Positions 63,101-64,000 of a stretch of DNA of 64,000 nt are shown here, in pieces. Where the stretch lies: contig JAAILG010001228.1 of assembly GCA_012026655.1 (NCBI GenBank), positions 1-64,000 of the forward strand. Direction: 5' to 3'. The notes beneath the pieces were generated by a model. The model saw nothing but the letters and a program-made list of their open reading frames with translations, was not told the origin of the DNA and did not search any database. Every line of letters starts with the position of its first letter. Position 1 is the first letter of the stretch. This DNA comes from Hydrolagus affinis. Taxonomy: Eukaryota. The translations under genes were made by a program, and so were the position numbers.

Positions 63101-63986
63101 GAGATAGGTGGGGGCAAGGCCATGGTTGGCCTTGAAAGTGAGAACCTTGAATTCTATCCTCTGGCCTTTGTGTTTAATGTCAATACATTAGCCACATTTG
63201 GGGATGTTCAGCAAATCATTCAGCAATAGAAAGAGAAAGATTAGGTAATATTTTAGCTGGTAATATTCCAGAACTGGAACAATTGGGCAAGGTGAATCCC
63301 ATTGCCAAGAGCAAAAACAACAGAATTACATGTGTAGAGCGCCTTTCATGTCAGGAGGACTCCCAAGGCACTGAAAGCAATTAGGAAGAAGTCAAAAATT
63401 CCAACCCTCTATTTACATTGTATCTTATCTGTTTAGAGTTGGTCACAAAGCTGAACTGGAATTTACACATTTATTAAATCAATTACAGTATTTAACTTTC
63501 AAATTAATCAATCACATCATATTTCTCATAACTGCTCAAATAACACAAAGTTGCAGGTCAAATAAATTTTGTGGGGTGAAAATAGAAGATACAAAGGGAG
63601 GGAGAGAGGGAATGAGAAAAATTCCAGACTCTGGAAGTTTTTCTCAGTCCCTTCCTCCCTTTGTATCTTATATTTTCACCAATTATTTTTTTGATGTGAC
63701 CTGCAACTTTGTGTTATTTAATTAGTTTTAGAAAAAATTCTTAAGTTTCTTTCAGGATTGAAGTTGAGAATAGCAAGTTAATATATAATGTTACTCCAGA
63801 TTCCAAACAATGTCTTCTTTCTCAAATGGTTATGGTTTCTACAAGGTAATTAGACAGCAGTTTACTTTAAACCCAAATAAAGTATTTTTTTTTAATTGTC
63901 GATATTTGAATGCTACTCTCTAAACCTTTTGCAGTGCAATTGAAGAAGATGGATTATACATGGCATATGTTGAGATGATGTCAAAG
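55..63986 (+). CDS. RYR3: Ryanodine receptor (RyR3-like), multi-exon partial CDS; 72 coding segments, gene continues beyond both window ends
   Basis: Spliced translation gives continuous RyR sequence with consistent phases. RyR3-type signatures: [28 protein letters not shown] (RyR1/2 have HGHMDECLT), [30 protein letters not shown]. Confidence 0.9.
645..738 (+). CDS. RYR3: RyR exon w2 (MIR)
   Basis: [22 protein letters not shown]; AG/GT. Confidence 0.93.
929..1003 (+). CDS. RYR3: RyR exon w3 (MIR)
   Basis: [24 protein letters not shown]; AG/GT. Confidence 0.93.
1483..1639 (+). CDS. RYR3: RyR exon w4 (MIR)
   Basis: [23 protein letters not shown]; AG/GT. Confidence 0.94.
1803..1920 (+). mobile_element. 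SINE 3' fragment
   Basis: CACTTTACAGTAGATTCTATGAAG..ATCAAATGCAAGGATT. Confidence 0.7.
2007..2171 (+). CDS. RYR3: RyR exon w5 (MIR)
   Basis: [30 protein letters not shown]; AG/GT. Confidence 0.92.
2318..2590 (+). mobile_element. Ancient LF-SINE-like relic
   Basis: TAGCTCAGTTGG head and CTGGGCAAGGGGAAGGG..CTATCTTATGACCTCTGCGGAAAAGTGC..GGGTAAGGATAGG..GGCTGTGAT similar to LF-SINE body (recalled). Confidence 0.4.
3030..3151 (+). CDS. RYR3: RyR exon w6
   Basis: [25 protein letters not shown]; AG/GT. Confidence 0.94.
3926..4109 (+). CDS. RYR3: RyR exon w7 (RIH/N-terminal solenoid)
   Basis: [23 protein letters not shown]; AG/GT. Confidence 0.93.
6436..6571 (+). CDS. RYR3: RyR exon w8
   Basis: [22 protein letters not shown]; AG/GT. 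Confidence 0.94.
7271..7366 (+). CDS. RYR3: RyR exon w9
   Basis: [31 protein letters not shown]; AG/GT. Confidence 0.95.
7717..7835 (+). CDS. RYR3: RyR exon w10
   Basis: [25 protein letters not shown]; AG/GT. Confidence 0.95.
8052..8155 (-). mobile_element. SINE 3' fragment with internal 24-bp tandem duplication
   Basis: CTTCACAGAATATACTGTAAAGTG x2 (8082-8105, 8106-8129). Confidence 0.75.
8358..8491 (+). CDS. RYR3: RyR exon w11
   Basis: [29 protein letters not shown]; AG/GT. Confidence 0.95.
8935..9176 (+). CDS. RYR3: RyR exon w12 (SPRY1)
   Basis: [36 protein letters not shown]; 242 nt; AG/GT. Confidence 0.96.
9381..9573 (+). CDS. RYR3: RyR exon w13 (SPRY1)
   Basis: [40 protein letters not shown]; AG/GT. 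Confidence 0.96.
9696..9788. repeat. Short imperfect inverted repeat (about 30-bp arms)
   Basis: ACATTCCACTTGCTGCCAAGTATAGTGA / TCACTAAACTTAGTGGCAAGTGGAGTGT. Confidence 0.65.
10704..10920 (+). CDS. RYR3: RyR exon w14
   Basis: [29 protein letters not shown]; AG/GT. Confidence 0.95.
12057..12161 (+). CDS. RYR3: RyR exon w15 (Repeat12)
   Basis: [35 protein letters not shown]; AG/GT. Confidence 0.95.
12991..13094 (+). CDS. RYR3: RyR exon w16 (Repeat12)
   Basis: [30 protein letters not shown]; AG/GT. Confidence 0.95.
13192..13275 (+). CDS. RYR3: RyR exon w17
   Basis: [27 protein letters not shown]; preceded by 97-nt intron. Confidence 0.93.
14236..14395 (+). CDS. RYR3: RyR exon w18 (Repeat12)
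   Basis: [36 protein letters not shown]; AG/GT. Confidence 0.96.
15078..15225 (+). CDS. RYR3: RyR exon w19
   Basis: [24 protein letters not shown]; AG/GT. Confidence 0.95.
15739..15944 (+). CDS. RYR3: RyR exon w20 (SPRY2)
   Basis: [29 protein letters not shown]; AG/GT. Confidence 0.94.
18073..18247 (+). CDS. RYR3: RyR exon w21 (SPRY2)
   Basis: [29 protein letters not shown]; AG/GT. Confidence 0.95.
18365..18470 (+). mobile_element. SINE 3' fragment
   Basis: TACAGTCAATTCACTTTACAGTATATTCT..ATCAAATGCTAGGATTATTAT. Confidence 0.75.
18938..19146 (+). CDS. RYR3: RyR exon w22
   Basis: [36 protein letters not shown]; AG/GT. Confidence 0.95.
19476..19690 (+). CDS. RYR3: RyR exon w23 (SPRY3 start / D2 divergent region)
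   Basis: [26 protein letters not shown]; donor ag|gtgagt, ends phase 2. Confidence 0.9.
20025..20076 (+). CDS. RYR3: RyR exon w24 (52-nt D2-region exon)
   Basis: ctccttag|..|gtaatg; (R)[17 protein letters not shown]; restores phase 2 to 0 and yields TTM-YYYSV like RyR TTTYYYSV. Confidence 0.78.
20431..20591 (+). CDS. RYR3: RyR exon w25 (SPRY3)
   Basis: [34 protein letters not shown]; AG/GT. Confidence 0.95.
21125..21143 (+). promoter_or_regulatory. Candidate CTCF motif
   Basis: CCACAAGAGGGCGT matches the CCACNAGRGGGCG core; motif only. Confidence 0.3.
21470..21635 (+). CDS. RYR3: RyR exon w26 (SPRY3)
   Basis: [22 protein letters not shown]; AG/GT. Confidence 0.94.
21640..21970 (-). mobile_element. 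tRNA-derived SINE, full length, diverged
   Basis: Same head, body and tail in reverse orientation; tail abuts the exon w26 donor. Confidence 0.8.
23639..23725 (+). CDS. RYR3: RyR exon w27
   Basis: [29 protein letters not shown]; AG/GT. Confidence 0.95.
24772..24998 (+). CDS. RYR3: RyR exon w28
   Basis: [32 protein letters not shown]; AG/GT. Confidence 0.95.
25745..26552 (+). CDS. RYR3: RyR exon w29 (808 nt; handle/junctional solenoid incl. acidic D3 region)
   Basis: [42 protein letters not shown]; AG/GT. Confidence 0.96.
27162..27362 (+). CDS. RYR3: RyR exon w30
   Basis: [36 protein letters not shown]; AG/GT. Confidence 0.96.
27755..27857 (+). CDS. RYR3: RyR exon w31
   Basis: [34 protein letters not shown]; AG/GT. 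Confidence 0.94.
29200..29500 (+). mobile_element. Degenerate CR1 ORF2 3' fragment
   Basis: AGAGGAGGTTAGGGGATGTCTTGATT..GGGGCCAT..AGGAAACATTTCTTCAC..TGGAATGCTCT resembles the CR1 RT C-terminal region; disrupted. Confidence 0.55.
29879..30016 (+). CDS. RYR3: RyR exon w32
   Basis: [29 protein letters not shown]; AG/GT. Confidence 0.92.
32160..32284 (+). mobile_element. CR1 LINE 3' terminus
   Basis: GATCAGCCATGATCTTATTAAATGGCGGGGCAGGCTTGAGGGGCCGAATAGCC..CTCCTACTTCTTATGTTCT, typical of chondrichthyan CR1 3' ends (recalled). Confidence 0.75.
32624..32897 (+). CDS. RYR3: RyR exon w33
   Basis: [29 protein letters not shown]; AG/GT. Confidence 0.95.
33182..33296 (+). CDS. RYR3: RyR exon w34 (bridging solenoid)
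   Basis: [33 protein letters not shown]; AG/GT. Confidence 0.96.
33732..33864 (+). CDS. RYR3: RyR exon w35
   Basis: [40 protein letters not shown]; NAGNAG acceptor (could start 33735). Confidence 0.93.
34594..34697 (+). CDS. RYR3: RyR exon w36
   Basis: [25 protein letters not shown]; AG/GT. Confidence 0.95.
34995..35094 (+). mobile_element. SINE 3' fragment
   Basis: Family body plus (ATT)n tail; further fragments at about 26620-26720(-), 28600-28650(-), 53150-53240, 55000-55105, 55320-55405, 58555-58620, 59890-59945. Confidence 0.75.
35477..35612 (+). CDS. RYR3: RyR exon w37
   Basis: [35 protein letters not shown]; AG/GT. Confidence 0.95.
35975..36155 (+). CDS. RYR3: RyR exon w38
   Basis: [37 protein letters not shown]; AG/GT. 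Confidence 0.94.
36439..36532 (+). CDS. RYR3: RyR exon w39
   Basis: [31 protein letters not shown]; AG/GT. Confidence 0.94.
36764..36884 (+). CDS. RYR3: RyR exon w40
   Basis: [36 protein letters not shown]; AG/GT. Confidence 0.95.
36925..37024. other. Assembly gap (100 N) within an intron
   Basis: Run of 100 N followed by a poly-C tract; flanking exons join in phase, so no coding exon seems lost. Confidence 0.98.
37362..37531 (+). CDS. RYR3: RyR exon w41
   Basis: [31 protein letters not shown]; AG/GT. Confidence 0.95.
38100..38320 (+). CDS. RYR3: RyR exon w42
   Basis: [36 protein letters not shown]; AG/GT. Confidence 0.95.
38988..39078 (+). CDS. RYR3: RyR exon w43
   Basis: [30 protein letters not shown]; AG/GT. 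Confidence 0.94.
39309..39326 (+). promoter_or_regulatory. Candidate CTCF motif
   Basis: GCCACTAGGTGTCACC resembles the CTCF core; motif only. Confidence 0.25.
39474..39565 (+). mobile_element. Ancient DeuSINE (Deu-domain) core relic
   Basis: CTGCCTGTTCGGGTGGACGTTAAAGAACCCTTTGGC..GAAGAGTTTCTCCCGGTG resembles the Deu/AmnSINE core (recalled); similar relic at about 16505-16580. Confidence 0.5.
39821..39961 (+). CDS. RYR3: RyR exon w44
   Basis: [36 protein letters not shown]-type motif; AG/GT. Confidence 0.95.
40447..40753 (-). mobile_element. tRNA-derived SINE, near full length
   Basis: Reverse complement of the same family; ends ..CTAACCACTGAGCTACAGGACTCC on +; B-box-like GGATTCGAAC. Confidence 0.85.
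40851..41014 (+). CDS. RYR3: RyR exon w45
   Basis: [32 protein letters not shown]; AG/GT. Confidence 0.94.
41891..41969 (+). CDS. RYR3: RyR exon w46 (Repeat34)
   Basis: [26 protein letters not shown]; AG/GT. Confidence 0.94.
42319..42408 (+). CDS. RYR3: RyR exon w47 (Repeat34)
   Basis: [30 protein letters not shown]; AG/GT. Confidence 0.94.
43120..43257 (+). CDS. RYR3: RyR exon w48 (Repeat34 phosphorylation loop)
   Basis: [35 protein letters not shown]; AG/GT. Confidence 0.94.
43867..43932 (+). CDS. RYR3: RyR exon w49
   Basis: [22 protein letters not shown]; AG/GT. Confidence 0.9.
44459..44534 (+). CDS. RYR3: RyR exon w50
   Basis: [25 protein letters not shown]; AG/GT. Confidence 0.94.
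44811..44934 (+). CDS. RYR3: RyR exon w51
   Basis: [40 protein letters not shown]; AG/GT. Confidence 0.94.
45170..45285 (+). CDS. RYR3: RyR exon w52
   Basis: [21 protein letters not shown]; AG/GT. Confidence 0.94.
45657..45724 (+). CDS. RYR3: RyR exon w53
   Basis: [23 protein letters not shown]; AG/GT. Confidence 0.94.
46197..46318 (+). CDS. RYR3: RyR exon w54
   Basis: [31 protein letters not shown]; AG/GT. Confidence 0.94.
46731..46780 (+). CDS. RYR3: RyR exon w55
   Basis: [16 protein letters not shown]; AG/GT. Confidence 0.93.
47308..47368 (+). CDS. RYR3: RyR exon w56
   Basis: [21 protein letters not shown]; AG/GT. Confidence 0.93.
47513..47751 (+). CDS. RYR3: RyR exon w57
   Basis: [40 protein letters not shown]; AG/GT. 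Confidence 0.95.
48228..48309 (+). CDS. RYR3: RyR exon w58
   Basis: [27 protein letters not shown]; AG/GT. Confidence 0.94.
48752..48910 (+). mobile_element. SINE 3' half
   Basis: TTTGTGGGACACT..CTTTACAGTATATTCTGTGAAGCA..ATCAAATGCAAGGATTATTATT. Confidence 0.8.
49062..49200 (-). mobile_element. SINE 3' half (inverted relative to 48752-48910)
   Basis: ATCCTTGCATTTGATATAGCAC..GTCCCACAAA is the reverse complement of the family body. Confidence 0.8.
49446..49576 (+). CDS. RYR3: RyR exon w59
   Basis: [32 protein letters not shown]; AG/GT. Confidence 0.94.
49945..50263 (+). mobile_element. tRNA-derived SINE, near full length, L2-type 3' tail
   Basis: tRNA-like head GGAGTCCTGTAGCTCAGTGGTTAGAGCA (A box), degenerate B box, body shared with many copies, tail ATCAAATGCAAGGA(TTA)n. 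Confidence 0.85.
50690..51004 (+). CDS. RYR3: RyR exon w60
   Basis: [60 protein letters not shown]; AG/GT. Confidence 0.95.
51170..51500 (+). mobile_element. L2-clade LINE 3' end
   Basis: C-rich body ending GGGACATCCTTCCGATATGAAAGGCATCTTACAAATGTAATTT; shared with several copies. Confidence 0.65.
51562..51802 (+). CDS. RYR3: RyR exon w61 (GC donor)
   Basis: [38 protein letters not shown]; donor ag|gcaagc. Confidence 0.92.
52035..52222. repeat. Near-perfect 188-bp palindrome (fold-back, MER6/V-SINE-tail or Penelope-like)
   Basis: Arms 52035-52122 and 52124-52222 are reverse complements around a single A, apart from an 11-nt insertion and a few mismatches. Confidence 0.9.
52690..52951 (+). 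mobile_element. L2-clade LINE 3' end
   Basis: TTCAAGGCCGGTCTCAAGACC..GGGACGTCCTCCCAACGTGAAAGGCGCTCTATAAATGTAATTTTGTT. Confidence 0.7.
53018..53105 (+). CDS. RYR3: RyR exon w62
   Basis: [29 protein letters not shown]; AG/GT. Confidence 0.94.
53584..53676 (+). CDS. RYR3: RyR exon w63
   Basis: [31 protein letters not shown]; AG/GT. Confidence 0.95.
53920..54684 (+). mobile_element. Non-autonomous pogo/Tigger (Tc1/mariner superfamily) element with large internal inverted repeat
   Basis: TA|CAGTAAAAGCCCATTTATACGG .. ACGGATAAACAGACTTCTACTG|TA imperfect TIRs with TA target duplication; transposase N-terminal relic [22 protein letters not shown] from 54451. Confidence 0.8.
54808..54828 (+). CDS. 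RYR3: Putative 21-nt alternative microexon (ASI-equivalent position), FKRVGLK
   Basis: Long U-rich tract + aacgcag| ttt aaa cga gtt ggc cta aag |gtcaga; phase 0/0; sits between SKMSK and AGGQ where RyR1/RyR3 carry a short alternative exon. Confidence 0.7.
56479..56820 (+). mobile_element. tRNA-derived SINE, full length, diverged
   Basis: GTGTAGCTCAGTGGTTAGAGAACTCGCC head through ATCAAATGCAAAG tail. Confidence 0.82.
57150..57320 (+). CDS. RYR3: RyR exon w65 (GC donor)
   Basis: [40 protein letters not shown]; donor atg|gcaagt; 171 nt. Confidence 0.92.
57900..57959 (+). CDS. RYR3: RyR exon w66
   Basis: [20 protein letters not shown]; AG/GT. Confidence 0.94.
58122..58253 (+). CDS. RYR3: RyR exon w67
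   Basis: [35 protein letters not shown]; AG/GT. Confidence 0.94.
58386..58498 (+). CDS. RYR3: RyR exon w68 (calmodulin-binding domain)
   Basis: [38 protein letters not shown]; AG/GT. Confidence 0.96.
59481..59580 (+). CDS. RYR3: RyR mutually exclusive exon A (100 nt)
   Basis: tttcccttag|..|gtaacg; (R)[33 protein letters not shown]; phase 2 to 0; paralogous to exon B. Confidence 0.85.
60300..60396 (+). CDS. RYR3: RyR mutually exclusive exon B (97 nt, canonical type)
   Basis: ctccctag|..|gtaagt; (R)[32 protein letters not shown]; phase 2 to 0. Confidence 0.93.
62615..62718 (+). CDS. RYR3: RyR exon w70
   Basis: [34 protein letters not shown]; AG/GT. Confidence 0.92.
62750..63150 (-). mobile_element. 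L2-clade LINE 3' end
   Basis: Reverse complement of the 52690-52951 family; other copies at about 1160-1345(+), 16030-16240(-), 30095-30500(-), 45520-45580(+), 52225-52485(+), 57595-57825(+), 63315-63375(-). Confidence 0.7.
63538..63719. repeat. Imperfect 182-bp palindrome (MITE-like)
   Basis: AAATAACACAAAGTTGCAGGTCA..TGACCTGCAACTTTGTGTTATTT; inner AAGATACAAAGGGAGG/CCTCCCTTTGTATCTT; centre TTCCAGA-C-TCTGGAA. Confidence 0.85.
63935..63986 (+). CDS. RYR3: RyR exon w71
   Basis: [18 protein letters not shown]; AG/GT. Confidence 0.92.
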
Positions 63987-64000
63987 GTAAGCTTTATGCT

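Noticed and set aside
62771-63135. Pro/Gly-rich ORFs (also 51135-51561, 52617-53031, 16019-16300, 30260-30508)
   Set aside because: Chance frames in C-rich L2 3' ends

Overview
Eukaryotic, AT-rich vertebrate genomic DNA. The whole window is the interior of one + strand ryanodine receptor gene, most similar to RYR3. I traced 72 coding segments (55..63986) by splice sites and translation. Reading phase is continuous across every junction, giving about 10.26 kb of CDS (about 3,420 codons) when one of the two duplicate exons is used. The segments run from the N-terminal MIR domains through SPRY1-3, Repeat12, handle/junctional, bridging solenoid, Repeat34 and the CaM-binding segment. Start codon and transmembrane exons lie outside the window. 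The intronic tRNA-SINEs with L2-type tails, the CR1 ends and the Deu/LF-SINE relics point to a cartilaginous fish, probably a chimaera such as Callorhinchus (inference). The main highlight is an alternative-splicing module at 53.6-62.7 kb. It holds a duplicated mutually exclusive exon pair (100/97 nt) with two visible long-range intronic RNA stems, and a 21-nt microexon flanked by RBFOX/QKI motifs just downstream of a hairpin-forming pogo/Tigger MITE. Two GC-AG introns lie at or near this module. Also noted: a short D2 region with a 52-nt exon, substitutions in the CaM-binding site, and inverted SINE pairs. Comparisons to mammalian RyRs are from memory; no database searches were run.
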